From: an uncultured virus (IMG/VR IMGVR_UViG_3300021131_000004)
Lineage: Duplodnaviria; Heunggongvirae; Uroviricota; Caudoviricetes
Direction: 5' to 3' (one strand)
Virus record (IMG/VR): IMGVR_UViG_3300021131_000004
DNA: 64,000 nt
The notes beneath the pieces were generated by a model. The model saw only the letters and a program-made list of their open reading frames with translations. It made no database searches and was not told the DNA's origin. A program made the translations under genes and the position numbers. Within the stretch, counting starts at the first letter, position 1, and every line of letters begins with the position of its first letter. Positions 27,401-36,300 of this stretch are shown here, piece by piece.

Positions 27401-28412
27401 AAATACTCCTATAGAAATAGAGGATAAAGATTTGATGTTTAAGTATGGAGAAGCTGAAGGATTTATCATCGATGGCACTGCCAGGAAAGAGGTTCGTGGT
27501 GTGATGGAAAAAATGAATGATGCAGAATACATCAACGAAAATGAGATGGACAAGGCTGCTAATCATTTGTATGATTTATTGGATAAACATGGAGATAATC
27601 CATCATTCGCAAATCTTATTGAGCCACTAATAAATAAAATTGAGAAGTATGAATTTAGAACAAAGACTGAAACTAGCACAGTTACCGAAAGAGAAGCAGT
27701 TCAAGTTGCTAAAGAAAATAATAGAAGAAAAGCAGTCAGCAAAGACCTCAACCAGTGGGAAGGAAGCACAGCAACAATCACAGACTCCAACGGAAAAGAA
27801 GTAACAGGTCAGATAAAAATGGATGATGGTAAGTATTATTTGTTCGATGCCGAAGGTAATAAAGTCGCTGTTATTGGAGAGGCTGCACTTACTGATCGTG
27901 ATAGTTCATTGCCACCTACAGAAGAGATGCCTAGTCCATTTGAAATTGGCGAGGATGGTCAGATAAAATCAATCACTTTACAACTGAATAAAGTTGATAC
28001 TGAGAATGGTGGATTGAAGCCGGACAAAAGAATTAAGATTGAGTTTAAAGATCCGGAAAAGGCACTTGACTTAGCGATACAATTACAGGCTGAAGCTGTA
28101 GGTGAATATCCTATGGAAGAGTTTGAAACTCAGTATAGAGAAATTCAAAAAGAAATCAAAAAAGAGGTTCTTGTTTCAGAGGCGAAAGAAAAAGAAGATC
28201 GTGAGAAAAAAACAAAGGAACTTGAAAAAGAAAGAGACCAAAAAATATTATCAGAATCTGCTCCCGATCATAATTTTGATTTTATTCCTGATACTGAGTT
28301 AGCGGATATGCCTAAAGAGACAGAGTTGAAAATAGAGCAAAAAAGATTAAAAAATAGGGCTGAACAAATACAAAATCTTATCAAATGTCTAGAGCTGATG
28401 AGCAAGAATTAG
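24471..28412 (+). CDS. Large putative ejection/internal virion protein (1313 aa)
   Basis: Central Gly/Ala hydrophobic helices typical of podovirus ejectosome proteins. Confidence 0.65.
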   Translation: MSKSVRENKRVPDAIDLSFSGSAAMPQQEVSKEPTQKKGPADAIDMSFDGDLKKKDTLLGSSAPSSTLQSQQAQPGNTIASTPVDNTPKPKTREDYFKGIKDVVSNNYADLDVSAKKSNINLKQVVMTAEKGNAESLVTLRKLVAANFDKKISESTTPSNFSAFSTGGFGQPIQSVTSGKNANQVKLEQEKNAALKSLNEFGSVALTNDHKKVAGNNIDKIDFVALGRDHQKYFGEEEETRQQQLAQKSKLGIAKIAKDNINFNYASIGVGNAIHDEEMTYNELKEAVKKDPTLAPKLEESKNQLNKLYDKQKNLFNEYPEVRKQYVAQVLGDKIAEQNKAFNLYVSKDDIIKAADAIEKEHGAKLPANFKSDVNSLMDETGGFFGNTSPVPGQGFKGAMDRAAVGTGLGIYGLLHIGSEEDRAARKVALQSMAFNKGTSESGATKEVMTISDDGKTYIPKNNEENFHHFNPLDNPAAAFNNYMRVAGGAVPMVAEFMATEAVTGGIGGVIAGIGEAAAAPVALVDAGVAANIAQKFAFSEKTMEVAKKAASFFVTGFDENHDRSSELIKGEGIVADTKRNAMAAGLTMLDMLSFELVGTNVSQIVKGSIKKAVAKDLAEHIEKVGVEGLTSKSTFIDPLIKSYVPRLVTALGKEGAKMGVATAVQTALKDMASIAADPNHKMTPVSEYADIVTESAITGIALGLPGHVWNTESKTLNSLNRDALFDAAQNSDKYIRKYNQAVVDGKMTRQQANEAIKVVNTAKSEYNNRENRVDKNGKPLNDSKVKKIIADRFLQRATELVEDKAERNKLRESTQKRIDEIKASEDWVNINETPLIKEMGIRTIGDGRQSYAVDKIEDIDPAADYIISGEKGKKTGAEVIDMIEKKAQNYKHEEAKTSEGEETPDQKAAREKAESEASQSKVTFTGKDNNFLANTEPNFFTPEEREKYNELMKTPETADEAADMVSKRKEELRNQKNTPIEIEDKDLMFKYGEAEGFIIDGTARKEVRGVMEKMNDAEYINENEMDKAANHLYDLLDKHGDNPSFANLIEPLINKIEKYEFRTKTETSTVTEREAVQVAKENNRRKAVSKDLNQWEGSTATITDSNGKEVTGQIKMDDGKYYLFDAEGNKVAVIGEAALTDRDSSLPPTEEMPSPFEIGEDGQIKSITLQLNKVDTENGGLKPDKRIKIEFKDPEKALDLAIQLQAEAVGEYPMEEFETQYREIQKEIKKEVLVSEAKEKEDREKKTKELEKERDQKILSESAPDHNFDFIPDTELADMPKETELKIEQKRLKNRAEQIQNLIKCLELMSKN
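27148..27240 (+). CDS. Nested +1-frame basic peptide (30 aa)
   Basis: MKKLKHPKVKKPLIKRPLEKKPSLKHPKVR; A-rich leader; LKHPKV repeat differs only at third codon positions. Confidence 0.6.
   Translation: MKKLKHPKVKKPLIKRPLEKKPSLKHPKVR
27649..27804 (+). CDS. Nested +1-frame small protein (51 aa)
   Basis: MNLEQRLKLAQLPKEKQFKLLKKIIEEKQSAKTSTSGKEAQQQSQTPTEKK; amphipathic helices; A-rich leader. Confidence 0.45.
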   Translation: MNLEQRLKLAQLPKEKQFKLLKKIIEEKQSAKTSTSGKEAQQQSQTPTEKK

Positions 28413-28837
28413 ATGAACAAGAATTCAGAAGTCTTGTTGAAAGCAAAAGGCATAATCAAGTATTAGCGTCTAATGAAAAAATATTGGCTGCTCTGAAAGA
28501 AATTGTCGATGAGTCAAAAAAGGCTCCTGATAATTCTTTGAAATTAGCAGTAGAAAAACAGACAAAAGCTATTTATGATTTTCTTCAATTTATGAAGGAA
28601 ACACCTGCTGAAGTTAAGCCAGTAGAGAGTAAGGTAGAGTTTAATCCTGAAATCAAAGTGGAAGCCAATCAGGAAAAAGTCGTAAATTCGGTTGTCAAAA
28701 TGTCCGATGATATTCTAGAAGGCTTACAGGCATTGAAAGAGGCGGTGGATAAGGAAGAAAAGCCAAAAGAATTTGAATTTATTATTCATCGTGGGGCATA
28801 TCAATTGATAGAAAAAATAACGGTAAAACAAGTTTGA
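28385..28837 (+). CDS. Hypothetical protein, first gene of inserted cassette
   Basis: 150 aa; C-terminal EFEF.IHR.....IEKI.V motif. Confidence 0.75.
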   Translation: MSRADEQELDEQEFRSLVESKRHNQVLASNEKILAALKEIVDESKKAPDNSLKLAVEKQTKAIYDFLQFMKETPAEVKPVESKVEFNPEIKVEANQEKVVNSVVKMSDDILEGLQALKEAVDKEEKPKEFEFIIHRGAYQLIEKITVKQV

Positions 28838-28870
28838 TAAAAATTTTAATAATAATAAAAACCAATCACA

Positions 28871-29302
28871 ATGCCTAAGTCACAAAACACTTGTAATAAC
28901 TTATTAGCGTTGATTTATAATGCTACAGCATGGGCGAATATTGCTGATAATGCAGCATCGTCTCCAATCACCAATATTTATGTTGCATTAGCTACTGCGA
29001 GTTATACTACAACAAGTACAATGGCCACCAATGAAGCGACATACACAAACTATGTTCGCCAAACTGTAGTAAGATCAACTTCAGGATGGACTGCTCCTGC
29101 AACAAGAGCTACAGCAAATGCGGCCCAAATCACTTTCCCTCAGTGCGGAGTAACAGGTAACACAATTACCAGTGCTGCATGTGGTAAAGCGACAGGAGCA
29201 TCAGATATCTTCCATTATGGAGATTTAAATGCACCGATAGCTGTATCGAATCTGATCCAGCCAATTTTTGCCATTGGAGCCATCACGATTACAGAATCAT
29301 AG
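28871..29302 (+). CDS. Phage tail/fibre-associated structural protein
   Basis: LLALIYNATAWANIADNAASSP.TN.YVAL, EATYT.Y.R..V.R...GW, N...ITFP. Confidence 0.7.
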   Translation: MPKSQNTCNNLLALIYNATAWANIADNAASSPITNIYVALATASYTTTSTMATNEATYTNYVRQTVVRSTSGWTAPATRATANAAQITFPQCGVTGNTITSAACGKATGASDIFHYGDLNAPIAVSNLIQPIFAIGAITITES

Positions 29303-29323
29303 TCAACAACAACTGCAAATACC

Positions 29324-29584
29324 ATGAAATTATCAGAAAGATTTCCTCCACTATATACCTGCTCGGTATGTGGGAGAGCTGTAAAGGTGATACCCCAAGG
29401 AATTGGTGTAGAACCATTGTATGAATACCATAAAAAATGTGAGCACAGAAATGTGACTATATACGCTAACAGGAAAGTAGTTTTGAGAGGAAAGGGTAAG
29501 ATGAATATGATGAAGGAGGCACAATATAAAATGACAATTACTGTTAGAAATTTATTATCAGCATTAACCGGAAGAAGTATTTAA
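29324..29584 (+). CDS. Small zinc-ribbon-like protein
   Basis: CSVC...CEH. Confidence 0.65.
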   Translation: MKLSERFPPLYTCSVCGRAVKVIPQGIGVEPLYEYHKKCEHRNVTIYANRKVVLRGKGKMNMMKEAQYKMTITVRNLLSALTGRSI

Positions 29585-29585
29585 T

Positions 29586-30458
29586 ATGCCAGGATTCACA
29601 AAAGTAAAAGATTTAGTAGACTCTCAGGTCGTTAATGGATCTGAGAGGTACTATACTTTTCGCAAGGCAATAAGTTTAACTCCGCAGTCTGGTATATGGT
29701 TTGATTTTACAATGAGTCCAGGCAATCCTGTTCCAAAATACTGGTTTGATGCTACTCCATTAATAGGCGTTCAAATAAAGCAATCTACTGATGGAGGATT
29801 GTTTCATGGCTCAAATGTATCACCGCAGATAAAATATCTACGTGAATTAATGGTTTTCTGTACATCGGCTACTCCATTGCCAATGCCTATGATGCTATGC
29901 GACTATTTATTGTATTACCCTACTATAGATGAGACGGTAACTACTCCACAGGTAATGACTAATAATTTTCCATTACCAAGGTATGCTGATGGAGGTGGTG
30001 TTCAAATGATGGCTGTATCAACAGCTCCAAGAACAGGTGGTCAAACATTTACTGTAAACTATACTAATTCATTAGGCGTATCAGGAAGAGTTACACCTAA
30101 CGTAGCAGAAAATAACTTAGGTGTTAATGGGAATATAGTTAATTCTTATACTACCAATACGCTAGGTGCTGCAAGTGGGTTATTTATACCTTTGCAAACA
30201 GGTGATTTAGGTGTGCAAAGTGTGCAAAGTGTTACAATGAATGGAGCTGATGTAGGTTTGTTTTCTATCGTTTTAGTAAAGCCATTAGCAAACTTAAGTA
30301 TTCGTGGTGTTGACGCTCCTGTGGAGGTAGATTATTTCAAGGACTTTTCAATAACGCCAATTATACAAGATGATGCATATTTAAATTTACTTGGGGTGCC
30401 TCAAGGTAACTTATCAGGAACACAAATTCATGGAAGTATAAGAACAACTTTTTTTTAA
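29586..30458 (+). CDS. Structural beta-rich protein (paralogue of 30476..31648)
   Basis: Shares MPGF start, LPRY..G.GVQ, YTNS....GR.TP, F.P.Q.GD.G and P.I.D.A.L. Confidence 0.7.
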   Translation: MPGFTKVKDLVDSQVVNGSERYYTFRKAISLTPQSGIWFDFTMSPGNPVPKYWFDATPLIGVQIKQSTDGGLFHGSNVSPQIKYLRELMVFCTSATPLPMPMMLCDYLLYYPTIDETVTTPQVMTNNFPLPRYADGGGVQMMAVSTAPRTGGQTFTVNYTNSLGVSGRVTPNVAENNLGVNGNIVNSYTTNTLGAASGLFIPLQTGDLGVQSVQSVTMNGADVGLFSIVLVKPLANLSIRGVDAPVEVDYFKDFSITPIIQDDAYLNLLGVPQGNLSGTQIHGSIRTTFF

Positions 30459-30475
30459 ATTTTAAATAATATTTT

Positions 30476-31648
30476 ATGCCAGGTTTTTCAAGTATGGACT
30501 CTCTAGTAAACGCTTTAACCCTAGGTCAGCGTTGGAGATTTGACTGGAATAAAAACTTCCTGCCGACAACTACAGGTGTTGTTGGTCAGTGGGATTGTTT
30601 GGCAAGAGGTGCAGGTAATCCAGGATCAGATACTTTGTACAATACAGGTACTAACTTATTGTTTCAACCTGCATACGATTCGTTAGCATCAGCATCAGGT
30701 ATACCTCATGGTGGTAACGTAGCACCAGCGTATAAAAGTTTAATCAATGCTAGTGCATTTAGTGCTGCGGCTACTGTGGCCCCATGCATTTTGTGCTTAG
30801 TTGATTTGTTAGGATTTTATAGGGTTACATCAACAACAACCATCACCTCTCAGGCGATGACAAATACATTGATGGCTTTTGCAACTACTGTTTGTAGTGT
30901 GAATAATATTCTTACGAACACAAGTACAGGAGCAAACATTGCACAAAATTTATTCCCTTTCACAAGGGTTCAGTTTACAACTACAGGTACACTTCCTACA
31001 GGTCTTGCTACAGCGACAGACTACTACGTTATTAAGTTGACAGATACTACAATTTCTGTGGCAACTTCTTATGCGAATGCTGTTGCAGGTACGGCTGTTT
31101 CAATTACATCTGGTACAGGATCAGGAGTACATACTTTGAATACTTTATTACCAAGATACACAAGTGGTGCAGGTGTTCAATCATTCATGTGGAATACAAA
31201 CGCAACACCATTGGGTGCAGGTACTCCAAACTTATCATATCCGGCATATACAAACTCACAACAAGCAACAGGTAGAGCAACACCTGCGGTACTTCCAGTT
31301 GGTAAAACAGCAGCGGAGAACGGAATGATTCTTTATAGTGGTACCGGTGTTGGAAAATATGGAATGTTTATGCCAATGCAAGGTGGTGATTCAGGTACTG
31401 CTAAAATTGATAACGTGCAGTTATCTGCAACATATACTTCAGGTGAATTTTCAATAGGTTTATGCGTACCATTATTATACATGCCGATAACTACATTAGG
31501 TGTTCCTTGTGAAAGAGATTTACTGAATCAGTTGCCATCATTACCAAGAATTTATGATGGTGCAAACCTTCAGTGGTGTTATTATAATGGGAATTTAACT
31601 CCTGTGAATAGTGCTATTAATGGCTCACTAGAATTTGCATGGAACTAA
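30476..31648 (+). CDS. Structural beta-rich protein with inserted tail-fibre-type domain
   Basis: Paralogue motifs plus insert VQFTTTGTLPTGL...TDYYVI...SGTGSGVHTL. Confidence 0.7.
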   Translation: MPGFSSMDSLVNALTLGQRWRFDWNKNFLPTTTGVVGQWDCLARGAGNPGSDTLYNTGTNLLFQPAYDSLASASGIPHGGNVAPAYKSLINASAFSAAATVAPCILCLVDLLGFYRVTSTTTITSQAMTNTLMAFATTVCSVNNILTNTSTGANIAQNLFPFTRVQFTTTGTLPTGLATATDYYVIKLTDTTISVATSYANAVAGTAVSITSGTGSGVHTLNTLLPRYTSGAGVQSFMWNTNATPLGAGTPNLSYPAYTNSQQATGRATPAVLPVGKTAAENGMILYSGTGVGKYGMFMPMQGGDSGTAKIDNVQLSATYTSGEFSIGLCVPLLYMPITTLGVPCERDLLNQLPSLPRIYDGANLQWCYYNGNLTPVNSAINGSLEFAWN

Positions 31649-31660
31649 AATAATTACATA

Positions 31661-33046
31661 ATGGCTCTACTAGGAAATTATTCCGTATTAAACAAAGTTC
31701 CTGTGACTTACCTCGCAGGAACTTCTTGCTGTGATAGGAGTAACTGGAATCCTCCTGGGCCATCAAGAAATATGTTCTTGAATGACGAGAGTGTAATGAA
31801 CGTGAACGGTGGAACATTATCTACTCACTTTCTATTTACTTACGGTGTTCCATTAGGTGGTGTACCACCTTACTCTTGGATTATCCCTCAAGTTGCAGGA
31901 GGTATGGCTATGAGGGGAGTAGGATCTTCTTTAGTCTCTTTTAACTTAATTCCTCAATATCCAACAAGTGCTGCGTTCACAGGTGGTAGTACGTTTGTTG
32001 CTAGTTTAAATGCATTAGGAAATATCATATTAGCAGCTACAGGAGGAAGTAGTTTTGTAGCATCGATGACAGGTACAGGTAATATGACTATAGCACTAAC
32101 AGGGAGCTGTATAACAAGTTTAACTATCAGTGCAAATGGGAATATAGTACTAACGCTTTCTGGTAGTTCTGTTGTAACATCTTCTTTAGTAGGTAATGGA
32201 AATATTAGTGTAGGGTTAACAGGAAGTGGTTCTATTTCAGCTACGGCTTCTCAGTTGATAGAAATGATTGCCGCCCTCACAGGTAGTAGCACAGTAACTG
32301 CGAATATCACAGGTAATGGTGTTATTTCGATAGGGTTAACAGGGAGTGGAAGTATCAGTGCAACCTTAGCTTATCTAGTTGGTATGCTATGTGCTATGAC
32401 AGGAAGCAGTTCCTTCTCTGCGAATGCGTTATTACTCACCAATTTGATTTGTAACATGACAGGAAGTGGCACTCTTAACGCTGATGCCGTCATGTTATTG
32501 TTCATGCTATGTAATTTAACCGGTAGCGGTAGTATTACTGCATCTATGATAGGACAGAAGCCAATGTCTGCATCCATGACGGGACTCGGAAGTTTAAGTG
32601 CTAATATCAACGGTCTTTTAGACATGGTTGCGAACTTGATTGGATCAGGTAATTTAAATGGTGGAGTAGGTGCAATTGCGGATATGAGTATTGATTTAAC
32701 TGTTACAGGATCAGGATTAACTACAGCTAACGTAGGTGCTGCAATTTGGGATGCATTAGCAAGTGAATTTAATAAACCTGGTACTATGGGTAACAAGCTC
32801 AATAGTGCAGGAAATGCAGGAGACCCTTGGAGTACAATTTTACCTGCCGGATACACAGGAGAACAGGCAGGAAATATTCTTGCACAGATTCAAGCTTTAG
32901 TAGATGAATTACATAAGATTCAAGGCTTAGATGCGGCTAATCCATCTACTACTGATGTGAATGCAAGAACATGGACCGCAGGAGGAATTACTATAGATAT
33001 GACAGGTGACTTAACTGATGTAACCACAATGACTAGAAGGCCGTGA
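31661..33046 (+). CDS. Repeat-containing fibre/spike-like protein
   Basis: More than ten ~19-aa LTGSGS.SA repeats. Confidence 0.7.
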   Translation: MALLGNYSVLNKVPVTYLAGTSCCDRSNWNPPGPSRNMFLNDESVMNVNGGTLSTHFLFTYGVPLGGVPPYSWIIPQVAGGMAMRGVGSSLVSFNLIPQYPTSAAFTGGSTFVASLNALGNIILAATGGSSFVASMTGTGNMTIALTGSCITSLTISANGNIVLTLSGSSVVTSSLVGNGNISVGLTGSGSISATASQLIEMIAALTGSSTVTANITGNGVISIGLTGSGSISATLAYLVGMLCAMTGSSSFSANALLLTNLICNMTGSGTLNADAVMLLFMLCNLTGSGSITASMIGQKPMSASMTGLGSLSANINGLLDMVANLIGSGNLNGGVGAIADMSIDLTVTGSGLTTANVGAAIWDALASEFNKPGTMGNKLNSAGNAGDPWSTILPAGYTGEQAGNILAQIQALVDELHKIQGLDAANPSTTDVNARTWTAGGITIDMTGDLTDVTTMTRRP

Positions 33047-33306
33047 TAAGACGTTCTGTAGCCATATCGACAAGGGGTAGGATATCTGCGAGTACCAAGA
33101 AGGCAATAACAATTGCTACGATTGGTTGGATTGTGTATACTTCTCCGGTACCTGGTGGTGGCCAAGGAATTGTCCCCGATAATAGACCTCCAGGTGGTAT
33201 ATTGCAGTCGCAAATAGATGACAGAAGAGACCTAGTTAGAAAGATAGTTGAGAGAGATGATAATGAGATTGTAGAAATCATTAAAATATTTATGAAATGC
33301 CTATAG
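33043..33306 (+). CDS. Hypothetical protein, last gene of cassette
   Basis: 87 aa, GTGA coupling, IATIGW and DDNEIVEII motifs. Confidence 0.65.
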   Translation: MIRRSVAISTRGRISASTKKAITIATIGWIVYTSPVPGGGQGIVPDNRPPGGILQSQIDDRRDLVRKIVERDDNEIVEIIKIFMKCL

Positions 33307-36300
33307 ATTGTTTCGATAAACATTACCCTAGAGCGAAGCAGCAATTTACTGATCGTATCAAAGATGGCATGTCCGAACTTGAACAAAGACAAGAGGGATT
33401 AAAGATTGCTGAAGAACTTCAGAAGCAATTGAATGATGATGTGAATGCATTCAAACAGAAGATTGGTAAAGACCCAAAGGAATATAAGTCTACAGATAAA
33501 TCCGCGAAAGTCGAAGGAATTAAATCCGAATACGACACCAAGATAAAAGAGCTTTCTTCACCTAAAACAAAAACAGATGGCAAAGACCAAAAAAGCAGCA
33601 CCGAAAAAAGCAGCCAAGAAAATGCCTCCCAAAAAGGCAATGAAAAAGGCGGCACCTCCAAAGGGGATGTAATCGTACCACCTACTAGAGATGATTTAAC
33701 ACCAATAATTAAAGTTGGAGGTAAGGAATATACAGGATATGATCATGGAGAGGCAATGAAGAGTGCTATTGCCGCAGGAGAGAAAATTCCTAGTCCTGAT
33801 ACACCAGAAGGGAAGAAATGGAGAATGGAGAATGGTATGTTTAAAGATAATGATGGCAATCTTTTAACCAGAGACCAAACTCAAGATAAATATGGAATAT
33901 CGCATAGTGAACAGTTGCTTCCTGGCAGAGAAGTCCCGATATATGCTAGGAATGTTTCTGCGTTAATAACTCCTGCTACAGTAAGAGCTTTTGATAAATT
34001 AACGGCAAGGATGAAAAAAATGTCTGTTAAATATGATGAATTGGTTGCCGAAATGAATAAAAAACCTAGCGATAAAATACTTTCTAAGATTAGAACTTTA
34101 GAAAGGCAAATACTAGGGGAGGCAAAAAAGGAAATAGTTGCGGCCATAGAAAAAATAAAAGGAGTTGGGGTAATGTTTAAAGATGATAATATGGGTTCTT
34201 GGCATGGAACCGCAGAGCCATCATTAAATATGTTCCTTAAGATAGAGGCAGATGCTGACACTCAGGCTTTAAGTGATTTTATACACGAATTTGGGGAAAA
34301 ATATTCCCAGGATGCTATTATACTTGAAACTCAATCAGAGCATCATAATGATGTCATTTCTGGCAAAAAAGACATTCCATTATCTGATTTTGACGGAAAG
34401 TTCTTGCATTATCCACAAAAACTAATTAAGTTTGCAAAAGATTTAACGGCTGATCAGATAGCAAAATTGTCTAATTCTTTAAGATCTAAAGGAGTAAACG
34501 AATTTTCTTTGAACAGTAAAGAGCTGAAAGTTTCAATTATTACTGAACTTTCAGACGAGCAAAAGAAATTATCGGATGACGAACAATATAAAATAAAACT
34601 AGATGACTACAACTCAAAAAACATCGCAACCAGTGAAGCGGTTAACGCACTCGGAAGCAATGGCGGAGTCGAACAGACTATTAGGTATCGTAAGTCCAAG
34701 TACGAAGGAGGGAAAACAACCGGAGAAGGAGGACAGCAACGCAAATACGATAGAAGTGACATTTTTAAGGACTTCTCAGAAGAAGTAAAAGATACCCAAG
34801 TATTGGGTAAGGAGCTTGGCATTTTACGTGACAAGCAAATTTCTTTGCAAGAGAAAGGTAAAGATTTAACTCCTAAAGAAAAAGAGAGGCTTGATGAACT
34901 TACTAAAAAAGTTCAGCCTATTGTTGAAGAAACATTTCAAACAAGAGAAAGAGAATTTGAAAAGGCGAAAGAAGAAGTAGAGTCAATCGCTGCTAAAGCT
35001 ATTAAAGGTATTCAAGGGTTTGTTTCTAAATTCCCAATTAAAAGAGCCACTAGAGCATCGGTTAAAACTCTTAGATGGTATAGTGCTGATCCATCAAAAT
35101 TAGGGGATGCAGCAAGAGTAAATATTATTGCTCCTGACCTCAAAACATCTAATGAGGTTTTTAATAAAATAAATAAAGAGAATGCGGTAGACGCTGATTT
35201 GAGAAGAATAAATGAGCCTACTGATTTAGGTTATCCAAAAAGACTTATCGAAGTAAGAACATCATCAGGTGCTATTGCTGAAATTCAGGTAATGACTCCG
35301 GAGGGATACCTTGCTAAAGATGGTGTGAAAGATTTTCCTGAAGCTGAAAGAGGCTTTGCAAAAAAACAATTAGATAAGATACGTGAAAAATTAGGATGGA
35401 ATATACCAGATGGTGTTGGCCATTATTTTTATGAGATAAATCGTGATTTTAATGTTCCAGAAAACATAAGAGAAGAAGCTAAAAGATTAAGTAATCAGTA
35501 TTATGATGCAATGCTTCGTCCTGAAGAATCTAAAATTTCTGGAGAACAATTTCAGAAAGATCTTGATAAATTTAGGGAGTCTGTTGATAAGGCTGATAAG
35601 ACTGGATGGGATACAGGTAATGAAGGTAAAATTCCTGAAACCGCTAAAGAGTTTTTAAAAGAAAAAGTTGAAAAATCTGAAGAGAAACAAACAGCTCTAG
35701 ATCAAGAGGATGCTGTTGACCATGAAGATCCATTACAAGTATCTCTTCAAAGAGATGCATTAATTCAGAGAGTTCAAGATGAATTCTTCAAGCCTGAGAA
35801 TGGTTCTAGAAGTATTGGCGATGATGTTGTAATGAATGGTGCAATAAAAACACTTTCAAGAGAAGCAGTTGATGCAGGTAAATCAATATTGAATCACTTA
35901 GCTGATAAAGTTAAAAAGTGGGACAATGAATTATTTAATCCTACTACCGGGGAAAGAAGAGTAGATGGAAATGGACGTTTTGTTCAAAAAGTATTGACTG
36001 ATGAAGAATTAGCAATGCTAGGTGTTCATAGTCTTGAATTAGAGAAGAAAATAAGAGAAGCTAAGTTTGAGCCAGGTGTTGAGATGGATAATGCTGCATT
36101 AGGTGCTCTATTAGGCGAACAGGAGCAATTGCAAAGACTTACTGCCGCAGTTACAGAAGCTGCTGGTAGAGGGTTCCGTTTTATACAACAGATATATAGT
36201 TTTGGAGACAAGGGAGAATATAATCTTCATGTTAAATTAGCAGAACAATTGGTAGGATCTAAAATACCATTGGATGAAGCGGAATTTAAATCATTCAAAG

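Noticed and set aside
28102..28302. 66-aa +1-frame Lys/Arg-rich ORF as another nested gene
   Set aside because: Composition is the expected shadow of GAA/AAA-rich host codons; no A-rich leader or independent signal
24610..34400. Virion RNA polymerase catalytic motif in the giant proteins (SFDGD, DFDGK)
   Set aside because: Neither has all three aspartates or the surrounding polymerase context
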